From positions 1 through 64,000 of IMG/VR virus record IMGVR_UViG_3300032020_001000: DNA of 64,000 nt. One strand, 5' to 3'. This document shows, piece after piece, positions 1 through 8,217 of the stretch. The first letter of the stretch is position 1, and each line of letters opens with the position of its first letter. Under the pieces are notes generated by a model. That model had not been told where the DNA came from. It saw only the letters and a list, made by a program, of their open reading frames with translations, and ran no database searches. The translations under genes were made by a program, and so were the position numbers. Source of the DNA: a virus.

Positions 1-121
1 ATCCTGGTGCGGGACGCAAGCACCAGCGTGGCCGCGGTGACCCGCGTAGACTGCGTGCGGTTCTGGCTGCCGTGAGATAGGGAGTAGGAAGTAGGGAGCA
101 GGGAGTAGGGAGGAATCATAC

Positions 122-349
122 ATGGCTTTGACTGAGCAGGAAAAGCAGGCGCTCTACAGCCGCTTCAGCCGCCTCAACGGCCTGGACATCGCGCACATTC
201 TCGTCGAGGCCAATGAGGCGGGGCTGATTGACGATGCGCGCGTGCGCGGGTTCGCGCAGCGGGTGTGGGCGGCGTGGACGGCGCAGCGGCGGGCGATCAT
301 AGAGGCGCAGATCGCGGATTTGCAGACCGAGCGCGAGGGGTTGGAATGA
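122..349 (+). CDS. Hypothetical protein
   Basis: GGAGG RBS; stop overlaps the next start (ATGA). Confidence 0.65.
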   Translation: MALTEQEKQALYSRFSRLNGLDIAHILVEANEAGLIDDARVRGFAQRVWAAWTAQRRAIIEAQIADLQTEREGLE

Positions 350-936
350 ATTGCCTTCGGTGCCCGAAACTGAAAGTGGGCGGCGAACTCCGCGATGAAG
401 TCTATTGCACACAGGGTGGTGGCCGGGTGAAGATATACCTCGACACGCTCGACCAGGGTTGCCCGCACGGAGTCAGCGATATGCCACGCCCGCGCTGGAG
501 TAAGGCAGAGAAGCTCTGGTTGGCCTTCAACTACCAGCGCAGGGGCCTCTCCGCCTGCGCGCACACGCTGGATCGCGGTCATTGCGCGACAGCGCACATG
601 GCGCAGACCTACCGACTGACGCGACCACGGCGGAAGTTTACAGCGCAGGAAGACGCGGAGATCCGCGACGCGCTTATGACCGCAGCGCCGGGCGAACGAT
701 GGGCGACTGTGCAGGCGGTTGCGCAGCGCCTGGGCCGGCCCTCCGCAGCGGCTGTGCTCAAGCGGGGTTACCGGCTGGGCATCCTGCGTACCCGTTCGGC
801 CTGGAGTCCGCGAGAGCGGGCCTATCTCAGCCGGTACTACCGGTACGGGACTGGCCGGCAGATCGCCGCGGCGCTGGGTCGGTCGTTGCATGCGGTGCAT
901 GCCTGCGCGCAACGCCACTTGAGCGAGCAACACTGA
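346..936 (+). CDS. Protein with tandem Myb/SANT-like HTH repeats
   Basis: Three repeats: WSKAEKLWL, FTAQEDAEI and WSPRERAYL, with LGRS/LGRP turns. Confidence 0.6.
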   Translation: MNCLRCPKLKVGGELRDEVYCTQGGGRVKIYLDTLDQGCPHGVSDMPRPRWSKAEKLWLAFNYQRRGLSACAHTLDRGHCATAHMAQTYRLTRPRRKFTAQEDAEIRDALMTAAPGERWATVQAVAQRLGRPSAAAVLKRGYRLGILRTRSAWSPRERAYLSRYYRYGTGRQIAAALGRSLHAVHACAQRHLSEQH

Positions 937-937
937 T

Positions 938-1225
938 ATGTGGGTGGCATGGACGATAGCCATACTCGTGGCGGCGACGCCCCGACCTTATACGGTGCCA
1001 GGATACTGTCTGGAGAATACGGCCAGTTGCGCCTGCTACATCCCGGCGACTGCGGAACACCAGATGGTCTGGAGCAACACGGTCGTGACGCTGGTGAGGC
1101 AGGCGCACGGCAAGAAGAAACTGGCACTCCTGGGCACGACGGCGATGCTGGAAAGTGTTGGCGCAGACGTGCAGGGCGCGGTGATTTGGCCGCGCACCGA
1201 GAGAGAGGAGCATATCGATGGCTAA
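938..1225 (+). CDS. Hypothetical protein with hydrophobic N-terminus
   Basis: ORF coupled to both neighbours. Confidence 0.5.
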   Translation: MWVAWTIAILVAATPRPYTVPGYCLENTASCACYIPATAEHQMVWSNTVVTLVRQAHGKKKLALLGTTAMLESVGADVQGAVIWPRTEREEHIDG

Positions 1226-1571
1226 ATGGAGGGAGACCGTAACAAAGGCGGCCGTCAGCAAGTCCGCACTGGAGGTCGTCCTGCCGCCGCGCGATGTGGG
1301 CGACATGCCGCGGCGGGTGGTCACCGTGAGCGTGGCCGGCGGGACGGGGAAATTGGGCCTGGCGGATGCGGACATCCAGCTAGGGCCGACCGCAAGCGGC
1401 CCATGGTTCGACGAGGACATCGCGGCATCCGGCATTCCCACCCTGGCCGCCGGCGCCAACGGCGTCTACCGGATGGATCGCGGCGACCGGTGGCTGCGGG
1501 TGCTGGGCAAGGGAATCGACAGCGAAGGGCAGACCGATGTGACGGTCTACCTGGATGCTATTGATGTGTGA
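1218..1571 (+). CDS. Hypothetical beta-rich phage protein
   Basis: GAGGAG RBS; protein-like composition. Confidence 0.65.
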   Translation: MAKWRETVTKAAVSKSALEVVLPPRDVGDMPRRVVTVSVAGGTGKLGLADADIQLGPTASGPWFDEDIAASGIPTLAAGANGVYRMDRGDRWLRVLGKGIDSEGQTDVTVYLDAIDV

Positions 1572-1675
1572 GAACCGATAGGCACTTAGGCATGGGGCGC
1601 CGATGCCCCTGGGTCGCCTACTGCGCGGAGCAGGCCCAGCATTGCGTTTGCTCAGCCATGGAGGAGGCATGAACG

Positions 1676-1978
1676 ATGGACGGCATCAAGACGTTTCTCG
1701 AGTATGGGGCGACCGGCATGGTGACCCTGATCATTCTAGTCGTGCTGGTGCCGGTGGTGCGCGCCTTCATCACCGAGATGCGGGCCGCGCGTAGCGACCG
1801 CGTAGCGGAGCGGCAGGAGCGCCAGCAGATGCGTCAGGAGCATAACGAGTTTGTGGTCAACCACGCGGATCATGTGGTTGCGGCACTGGCCGCTCAGACG
1901 ACGGCGCTGAGCAAGGTCAACGACGGCCTAGACCGCGTGTGCGAGCGGCTGAACAGCGATCCACGGAGACCGCAATGA
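1676..1978 (+). CDS. Holin-like membrane protein
   Basis: One N-terminal TM helix followed by a coiled coil; lies upstream of the amidase. Confidence 0.55.
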   Translation: MDGIKTFLEYGATGMVTLIILVVLVPVVRAFITEMRAARSDRVAERQERQQMRQEHNEFVVNHADHVVAALAAQTTALSKVNDGLDRVCERLNSDPRRPQ

Positions 1979-2210
1979 CAAGGAGCATGAGCTTCTGCTG
2001 CGGCCGGGGCCCGTATGTGATCATCGTGAACTGCGAGCCGGGCGGGGACACGATCAGCGTGGCCCGGGCGCATCCGCCATTCTGCGTGCAGCTCGCCGTC
2101 AGCGATGTGTGCATTGGGCTCGACATCCGGCGGGGGGACGAACCGCCCGAGACGCAGATCCTCGACCGCGCCCTCAATTCCGAGCAACCATGATATGGGA
2201 GGTTGATCAG

Positions 2211-2792
2211 ATGAAGCGCATCATCATCGCAGTTGATGCAGGACATGGCGGCACCGATCCGGGCGCAGTGGGGAACGGCCTGCAGGAGGCTCAGGTAGCG
2301 GCCGAGCTGGCGAATCAGCGTCTCGCAAGCTTCGCACGGCTGGCGGGGCATCGCGTGGAGTTGACTCGCCCCACGGGGACGGGTGTATCCCTGACCGCGC
2401 GGGCACAGAGGGCGGTGGAGCTGCGGGCCAACCTCTTTGTTAGCGTGCACATAAATGCGGCCTCTTCCCTGGCGCGTGGTTTCCAGGTCTGGCACCATGG
2501 CGGCGATGGCCGCAGCAAGCTGGTCGCACACCGCATGCACCGCATGGTGGCCGACGCGCTGCCGCAGTGGGCAGGGAACGCATGGCGCATCAGCGCCGAC
2601 ACGGAGCGTTATCGCAGCGGCTTTGCGGTGCTGCGTGGCACATGGCAGCGGATGCCAGCGCTGCTGCTCGAGGTCGGATTTCTGAGCAATGAGGCCGATG
2701 CCAATCTGCTGCGTGACCCCATACTGAAGCAGGCCACGATGCTCGAGGTGATGGCAGCCATCGCGGCTTCCCTGGCGCAGGACGAAGTGTAG
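2211..2792 (+). CDS. N-acetylmuramoyl-L-alanine amidase (Amidase_3), endolysin
   Basis: VDAGHGGTDPGA, QEA, FVSVHINA and LLEVGFLSN motifs. Confidence 0.93.
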   Translation: MKRIIIAVDAGHGGTDPGAVGNGLQEAQVAAELANQRLASFARLAGHRVELTRPTGTGVSLTARAQRAVELRANLFVSVHINAASSLARGFQVWHHGGDGRSKLVAHRMHRMVADALPQWAGNAWRISADTERYRSGFAVLRGTWQRMPALLLEVGFLSNEADANLLRDPILKQATMLEVMAAIAASLAQDEV

Positions 2793-2816
2793 GACATTTT
2801 CGATAGGCATATATCC

Positions 2817-3299
2817 ATGATGAGGTTGGCACACGAGATGGGAGTGGCACCCGAGTTCGCGCGCGAGCTCGAGGCATGGGTGGACCGGCTACTCGGCGCA
2901 GAGTGGGAGGTGGTGCTTGCCGCTGACGATACCTATGGCGACCGGGCCGGAGTGAACGTGTGTCTCCGCAACCGGGAGGCGACCGTGACTGTATGCCCCA
3001 CAGCGGATGTGCGACCCCACGCGACCGCCTGCCACGAGGTGGTGCATATACTGCTGCGACGCATGCATGAGGTGGCCTGGCGGATCATAGACCAACTACC
3101 CGAGGCGCTGCGGCAGTTCGCGCGGGACACATGGGTGGAGGCGCACGAGGAAGTGACGGAGGATATCGCCCGGGCATTCATCAGGGCCTATGCGGCCGCG
3201 GGCGAGGAAGGAGATGCAGGGAATGAAACGAAATCTGCTAGTCGGTTTGGTGGCCGGAATGGCCATGACACTCCTGATCGCGCTGCCGGTAGCCGCTGA
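2817..3299 (+). CDS. HExxH metallopeptidase-like protein
   Basis: ACHEVVH motif with downstream HEEVTE. Confidence 0.55.
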   Translation: MMRLAHEMGVAPEFARELEAWVDRLLGAEWEVVLAADDTYGDRAGVNVCLRNREATVTVCPTADVRPHATACHEVVHILLRRMHEVAWRIIDQLPEALRQFARDTWVEAHEEVTEDIARAFIRAYAAAGEEGDAGNETKSASRFGGRNGHDTPDRAAGSR

Positions 3300-3630
3300 G
3301 CCATTTGTCGAACAGCTCACCGGCTTCTTGGGGCAACCATCGGGCGCATCGGTGATGTTTCTGCATGGGCGTGACGCGACAGGTACGGGCCCGGCATTCA
3401 ACTTCGGTCTAGATGCGCAGGAGAAGACGCATCTGGACCTGGGCCTGATCACGAGCAACCGCGGCAACCAGCGCATGGTGCCGGGGCTGTCTGTCGACCT
3501 CGGCAGGAACCCATCGGTGCAGCCCTACGTCGGGATCGCGCTGACCCCGAGCGAATATGGCGGGACGCGGCTCGGCCCTCTGCAGGTAGATGGTATCTGC
3601 TTCTATGGGGGTCTGCGGCGGAGCTGGTAA
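3223..3630 (+). CDS. Secreted or envelope protein
   Basis: Signal peptide MKRNLLVGLVAG...PVAA; beta-strand-like body. Confidence 0.6.
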   Translation: MKRNLLVGLVAGMAMTLLIALPVAAEPFVEQLTGFLGQPSGASVMFLHGRDATGTGPAFNFGLDAQEKTHLDLGLITSNRGNQRMVPGLSVDLGRNPSVQPYVGIALTPSEYGGTRLGPLQVDGICFYGGLRRSW

Positions 3631-3668
3631 GGTTCAATTGCCCCAATGCGGGGCAGCAAGGAGGCACC

Positions 3669-3914
3669 ATGGATTTCGGGAAGGTTCTGAAGTGGCTGTC
3701 GGTCGGCCTGCGAATCGGCGCGATCCTCGAGGCGCTCAAGGGGGTGGACGCGAGAGCGCCTGGCACGACCAGCGAGGCGTACGCGGCGGCGGCTCCGGTC
3801 GCGCTTGCCTCGACGAGCGCGGAGTTCATGATGCGACTTGACGCCTGGGAGCAGGAGAACTTCGAGCGCATTATGCGAACCAGTCTGTTCTGGTTGGACT
3901 GGAAAACGCAGTAG
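3669..3914 (+). CDS. Hypothetical protein
   Basis: AGGAGG RBS. Confidence 0.6.
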   Translation: MDFGKVLKWLSVGLRIGAILEALKGVDARAPGTTSEAYAAAAPVALASTSAEFMMRLDAWEQENFERIMRTSLFWLDWKTQ

Positions 3915-3949
3915 ATTCGGGCTGCCGCACGCCATGCCCCAGCCCGAGT

Positions 3950-3984
3950 GGGCCCCGGCACCGAGCCGGGGCCCGTAACTTTCC
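3950..3984 (+). terminator. GC hairpin, probable end of the lysis operon
   Basis: GGGCCCCGGC/GCCGGGGCCC 10-bp stem; weak U tail. Confidence 0.45.
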
Positions 3985-4051
3985 GCTTGACTTCGACGGC
4001 CCGCAGAGTGATAGATGAGGGGCCAGCGTGGCTGGCAGGAGGGAGACTCAC

Positions 4052-4396
4052 ATGCCGAGACGGAGACGAGCGGATGCCGAGGCTACCGCTACCCCAGCGG
4101 CGCAGGAGGAGGCCCCAGCGGCCACCACGCGCGCGCGCAGGGGCGGGCGGCAGGCGGGAGACCAGTCGGGGGACACGAGGGGCACAGCGCGCGCCACAGC
4201 GCGGCGGAGCAGGCGCCTAGCGCCAGATGCAATGGTGACTATCGCGGTCCGCGGGGAGGCAGCCACGGCGATGAGGGCGCTGGCCGCGCAGCACAGCATG
4301 CCGCTGGTACGCCTGCTCCGGGACATGCTGGCCGTCTACCAGGGCCAGGTGGCCGCTGGCTATGTCCCCGGCGCGCTGGGGCAGCAGCAGGGCTGA
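4052..4396 (+). CDS. Ribbon-helix-helix-like protein
   Basis: MVTIAVRGEAATAMRALAAQHSMPLVRLLRDML pattern; strong RBS. Confidence 0.55.
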   Translation: MPRRRRADAEATATPAAQEEAPAATTRARRGGRQAGDQSGDTRGTARATARRSRRLAPDAMVTIAVRGEAATAMRALAAQHSMPLVRLLRDMLAVYQGQVAAGYVPGALGQQQG

Positions 4397-4458
4397 GGCA
4401 GTCGGCAGTCGACGACGGGGGCCTGGGGGATGCCGATCACGCACACCCCCGGCCCCTA

Positions 4459-4550
4459 GCGCACGTCCGTTCGCTGTCCCAGGGCTGAAAAGAAAGTTCG
4501 GAAATAGGCCCCGGGGCGGTTGACTTGCATCGCCCCACGAGTGATGAATG
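4459..4550 (+). promoter_or_regulatory. Early promoter element, copy 1
   Basis: GCGCACGTCCGTTCGCTG box, GAAAAGA, and GGTTGACTT (-35 at 4520); -10 is weak. Confidence 0.6.
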
Positions 4551-4606
4551 TAGGTGCCAGCGCAGAGTGCCGCGTGGCGAGAGCGGAACGGAACGGAGAG
4601 GACGAG

Positions 4607-5551
4607 ATGGCGCAGACGCAGGCAGCGAGCAGCAGGGCCGACGCCTACACCTTCGGCATCGAGATCGAGTGCCTTGTCCCCACCGCCGCCATCGTCAGGC
4701 TGGGCATCTCCATCGGCTCCTACCACCACGGATACCCGCTGCCAGCGCCCTTCCCGCAGGGATGGACGGCGGAGCATGACGCCACGATCCACACTCAGCG
4801 CAGCGACGAGACCTCGGTCGAAATCGTCAGCCCGGTGCTGAGGGGGGCGGCGGGCATCGAGCAGGTCAAACAGGTCGCGCAGACGCTGAGGGGGCTGGAG
4901 GCGCAGGTCAACTGCAGCTGCGGATTCCACGTGCACGTCGGAGCGGCCTCGGTGGCAGGGCACGACTACGCAGCACAGGCCGAATGGGTGGGCAAGCTGC
5001 TCTACCAGACGGCGATGCATGAGCGGGCGCTCTACGCCAGCACAGGCACCAGCGCCCGCGAGTGCAGCGCATACTGCGGGAGCGTGCACGCCGAGAAGCA
5101 TACGGCTGATGAACTGCGCCGCGCGCCGAAGGCCCGCAAGGCCGAGGCCCTGCGAGATGCCATCTACAACGGGCGCCGCTACCGCAGCCTCAACCTCACC
5201 AACCTGTTCACGCACAAGGCCACGGTCGAGTTCCGCTGGGCGGCCGGCACGGTCGAGTGGGTGAAGATGGTTGCTCACGTGCAGCAATGCCTGGCACTGG
5301 CTGAGCGCGCAACGGAGCAGACCAAGCTGGACTGGGGCGCACTCGCCAGCGAGCGCACCTACAAGCAGGCAGGCGCAGGCGCGCGCGCGCTCGACCGGTT
5401 CTTCTACCTCACCGGCTGGACGAAGGGCCGGCGGGACGTCGGGCAGCCGCAGGTGCAGATGGCCGGCTGGATTGCTGACCTGGCCGACCTCAAGCCGGTC
5501 AAGGTCGAGCTGAAGCGGCTGGCGCAGAAGTACGACCGGGGGGCGAATTGA
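4607..5551 (+). CDS. Putative amidoligase (COOH-NH2 ligase, Amidoligase_2)
   Basis: TFGIEIEC, HDATI, VEIVSPVL, SCGFHVHVG, RYRSLNL and TVEFR motifs. Confidence 0.88.
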   Translation: MAQTQAASSRADAYTFGIEIECLVPTAAIVRLGISIGSYHHGYPLPAPFPQGWTAEHDATIHTQRSDETSVEIVSPVLRGAAGIEQVKQVAQTLRGLEAQVNCSCGFHVHVGAASVAGHDYAAQAEWVGKLLYQTAMHERALYASTGTSARECSAYCGSVHAEKHTADELRRAPKARKAEALRDAIYNGRRYRSLNLTNLFTHKATVEFRWAAGTVEWVKMVAHVQQCLALAERATEQTKLDWGALASERTYKQAGAGARALDRFFYLTGWTKGRRDVGQPQVQMAGWIADLADLKPVKVELKRLAQKYDRGAN

Positions 5552-5552
5552 T

Positions 5553-6239
5553 ATGTGCGGCATCTTCGGATTCGCAGCAGAGGCGCGGTGGACGCCCGCG
5601 CAGCAACGGCTGGCGATGCGCCTGATGGAGGCGCTCGCCCGGGCCAGCGAGGAGCGCGGCGTAGACGCGGGCGGGTATGCAGCGCTGAGCGCGAACGGCG
5701 ACCTGCTCTGGGCGCGGCAGCCGGGGCCGGCGCACGAGCTGTTCGAGACGGCTTGGCGCCGGCTGGGGGAGCGCCGGCTGGTCGCCGCGATTGGACACAC
5801 GCGCTTTGCGACCCACGGGGCGCCGGCCACCAACGGCAACAACCACCCGCACATGGCGGGCGAGTGGGCGCTCGTCCATAACGGGGTTATCCCGCAGCAC
5901 AAGCGGAAGGCGCGCATACTGGGCATCCAGCTCCACGGCCAATGCGACAGCGAACTGCTGGCGCACATGCTGCGGCGCTACGGCGAAAGGCGCGGGCCGG
6001 CGGAATGCATGGCCCTGTGCGGGAGCCAGTCGGTGCTGGCGCTGCACGGAACCACCCGCGCGCTGCTGGCCTGGAGCAATGGTCGCATGCCGTTGGCGGC
6101 ATTCCGTATCGATGGCATGGATGGCTGGTGGTGGGCGTCGACCGCGGACATTGCAGCACGGGCGGCGGCAGCCGTGGGCATCGCAATAGTACCGGGGCGC
6201 ATCGCCAGCCACAAGGTCTACCGGATGGAGGCCCGCTGA
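5553..6239 (+). CDS. Class II glutamine amidotransferase (Ntn)
   Basis: N-terminal MCGIFG, GHTRFATHG, NNHPH, HNGVI and CDSE. Confidence 0.9.
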   Translation: MCGIFGFAAEARWTPAQQRLAMRLMEALARASEERGVDAGGYAALSANGDLLWARQPGPAHELFETAWRRLGERRLVAAIGHTRFATHGAPATNGNNHPHMAGEWALVHNGVIPQHKRKARILGIQLHGQCDSELLAHMLRRYGERRGPAECMALCGSQSVLALHGTTRALLAWSNGRMPLAAFRIDGMDGWWWASTADIAARAAAAVGIAIVPGRIASHKVYRMEAR

Positions 6240-6425
6240 TGAGCGACGGACTGGGGGGGAGCGAGAGGGTCGGAGCGATGCCAACGCCGCTACTGAATGC
6301 CCCGCGCTGGATAGATAAGACCGAGCACGAGACCTGTTGCGTGTGCGGGCGCCCCATGCGAGTCATGGTTTATGACCGCCCCGAAGGCGGCGTATGCGCG
6401 CGAGAAAGGCAGAAAGGAAAGAGCG

Positions 6426-6617
6426 ATGGCAAAGAAGAGCAAGGCAGAGAAGGTTGAGAAGGAGCCGAAGGAGCCGAAGGCGCCGAAGGCGGCCGGCGAT
6501 GTTGAGCGGGCCGTGGTGGTCGTGACCGGCGAGGATGCCGCGCGGCTCCGGGCGCTCGCAGCAGAGCGCAAGTGCTCGCTGGCCGAGGTCGTGCGCGGCC
6601 TGCTCAAGGCGGGCTAA
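6426..6617 (+). CDS. CopG/ribbon-helix-helix protein
   Basis: AVVVVTGEDAARLRALAAERKCSLAEVVRGLL. Confidence 0.65.
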   Translation: MAKKSKAEKVEKEPKEPKAPKAAGDVERAVVVVTGEDAARLRALAAERKCSLAEVVRGLLKAG

Positions 6618-6628
6618 GCACTGAGGGC

Positions 6629-6663
6629 GCGGGCCCCGGTTCAGATAGCGGGCCGGGGCCCGC
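6629..6663. terminator. Hairpin between convergent genes
   Basis: GCGGGCCCCGG/CCGGGGCCCGC 11-bp stem. Confidence 0.6.
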
Positions 6664-6671
6664 AGGCAATC

Positions 6672-6944
6672 TTACTGCGGCTGGCGCGCCTTCTGCCACC
6701 TGGTCCACCGAGCCCGCAAGTCGGCAATGCCCGTGATTCTCGCCAGCACTGCCATCGCCGCCTCAGGCACATCGTACTCGCCAGACTCCCAGCGCAGGAT
6801 TGTAATCGGAGTTATGCGGTAGGCAGATTCCGCCATCTGGCGGGCCAGGGCCGCCCGCGACAGCGGAGGCCACTGCTTCTCGCGCCAATGCCGCAGGGGG
6901 TTACGCCGACGCCAGTTTTCGAATGCCTGCGTTGAGGGACTCAT
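6672..6944 (-). CDS. XRE-family HTH regulator (repressor candidate)
   Basis: NPLRHWRE..LSRAALAR..TILRWESGEYDVP; one of few minus-strand genes. Confidence 0.75.
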   Translation of the reverse strand: MSPSTQAFENWRRRNPLRHWREKQWPPLSRAALARQMAESAYRITPITILRWESGEYDVPEAAMAVLARITGIADLRARWTRWQKARQPQ

Positions 6945-6950
6945 GCCGTG

Positions 6951-7017
6951 ATGTTAGCACAACAGCACCGCCGCCGTCAACTGGGGGCTTGACAGGAGTT
7001 GAGCGCGATGCTATACT
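6951..7017. promoter_or_regulatory. Back-to-back sigma70-type promoters
   Basis: Plus strand TTGACA(6989)-17-TATACT(7012); minus strand TTGACG(6980)-18-TGcTAACAT(6956); each -10 lies 6 nt from an ATG. Confidence 0.75.
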
Positions 7018-7023
7018 ATCATC

Positions 7024-7461
7024 ATGCCGCCCCAGCCAAAGAGCGCTTGGCGACGGGACCAAGACGCCGAGTTGGCGAACATTGTCCGCTGGCTGCGCGA
7101 GCGAGCCGATGCCCTGCAGACACTCGCGGCGCAGCTGGAGGAAGAGACCGAGGTTGAGGCGGCCCAGCACTGGCTAGCGGAGCGTGCCGAAGTAGCGGCC
7201 GCCATACGGATGATCGAGGAAGGGCTTGAGCGCTGCCTACGCATGTCATTCGAGATAGGGGCGCTCTCCATGCGAGACTATCCTGCCTACCGCCGCCAGG
7301 GGCCAGGGAGCCTGCGGCGGCTCAAGCGCCGGCCGCGGTGCCCCAAATGCCGTGCGATTGAGACGGACACGCGGCTCGCTGGCAGCGCTTCGGACGGAGA
7401 TCGGCTCATATCACGCTGCGGCAAGGGACACGTGTGGGGATATGTCGGGCTGGGTCAGTGA
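7024..7461 (+). CDS. Hypothetical protein with C-terminal Zn ribbon
   Basis: CPKC...CGKGH motif; directly downstream of the promoter. Confidence 0.6.
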   Translation: MPPQPKSAWRRDQDAELANIVRWLRERADALQTLAAQLEEETEVEAAQHWLAERAEVAAAIRMIEEGLERCLRMSFEIGALSMRDYPAYRRQGPGSLRRLKRRPRCPKCRAIETDTRLAGSASDGDRLISRCGKGHVWGYVGLGQ

Positions 7462-8217
7462 GTGGAGCAATGCGAGGAGGGCGAGATGAGGCCGGGAGAC
7501 ATGGCACGAGTCCGGGCTGCAGAGGCTGCCACCGAGGCGCTGGTGGGCACCACGTGGGCCGTGGCGGGCATGCCAGCCCCGGGACGGCCCACGCCACCAC
7601 CCGTAGGCCGAACAGGGCACACAGGCGCCCGTAGCCCAAAGCGTGGGGCACCAGACGTCGCAGCCAGCGGGCGCATCGTGGAGCGCCTGGCACCCGGCTC
7701 CCCGCTCGAGCGGGAGCTCGCGGACTTCCTCGCGGCACATTGTGCACTCATAGACGGCATGCGGCTGACGCCGCCCGGGGACTACCGCAGCATCTACCAC
7801 TGGCTGGTGGAGCATGGGCGGTGGATGCAGCTGCATCCCCGCCCCGCGCAGGCCGATGCACGGCGGATGATGGCGCGACTCCGGCGGCGCATCCAGCCCG
7901 AGGAGCAGCAGTGCTACCGCAACGCGCAGATGGCAGCCATCGAGGGCGAGCCAAACGTGGTGTACTGCGACGGGATGGCGCTGCCGTCTGGACTGATACC
8001 GGTATGGCATGCGTGGGTGCTGGTCGACGGGCTGGTGTGGGACCCCACGTGGGAACTGCTCGGCGACAGGCGCCCCGATGACGTCGCCTATCTCGGCACC
8101 GACCTGGCGACCACCATCGTGTGCGAGGCCATCGTGGCGCACCAGGAGCACTCGAGCATCGTCGACGATTGGCAGCGGCGCTGGCCGCTGCTGCGCGGGA
8201 ATAAATCATGCAAGTGA
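7462..8217 (+). CDS. Hypothetical phage protein (start uncertain)
   Basis: QCYRNA...HAWVLVDG..WDPTW, a Cys-His-Asp transglutaminase-like pattern. Confidence 0.55.
   Translation: MEQCEEGEMRPGDMARVRAAEAATEALVGTTWAVAGMPAPGRPTPPPVGRTGHTGARSPKRGAPDVAASGRIVERLAPGSPLERELADFLAAHCALIDGMRLTPPGDYRSIYHWLVEHGRWMQLHPRPAQADARRMMARLRRRIQPEEQQCYRNAQMAAIEGEPNVVYCDGMALPSGLIPVWHAWVLVDGLVWDPTWELLGDRRPDDVAYLGTDLATTIVCEAIVAHQEHSSIVDDWQRRWPLLRGNKSCK

Noticed and set aside
4217-5968. Long antisense ORFs (this one, 23887-25608, 32670-34076 and others)
   Set aside because: Shadow ORFs expected at this GC content; unlike 59798-60535 they have no motifs or promoter.
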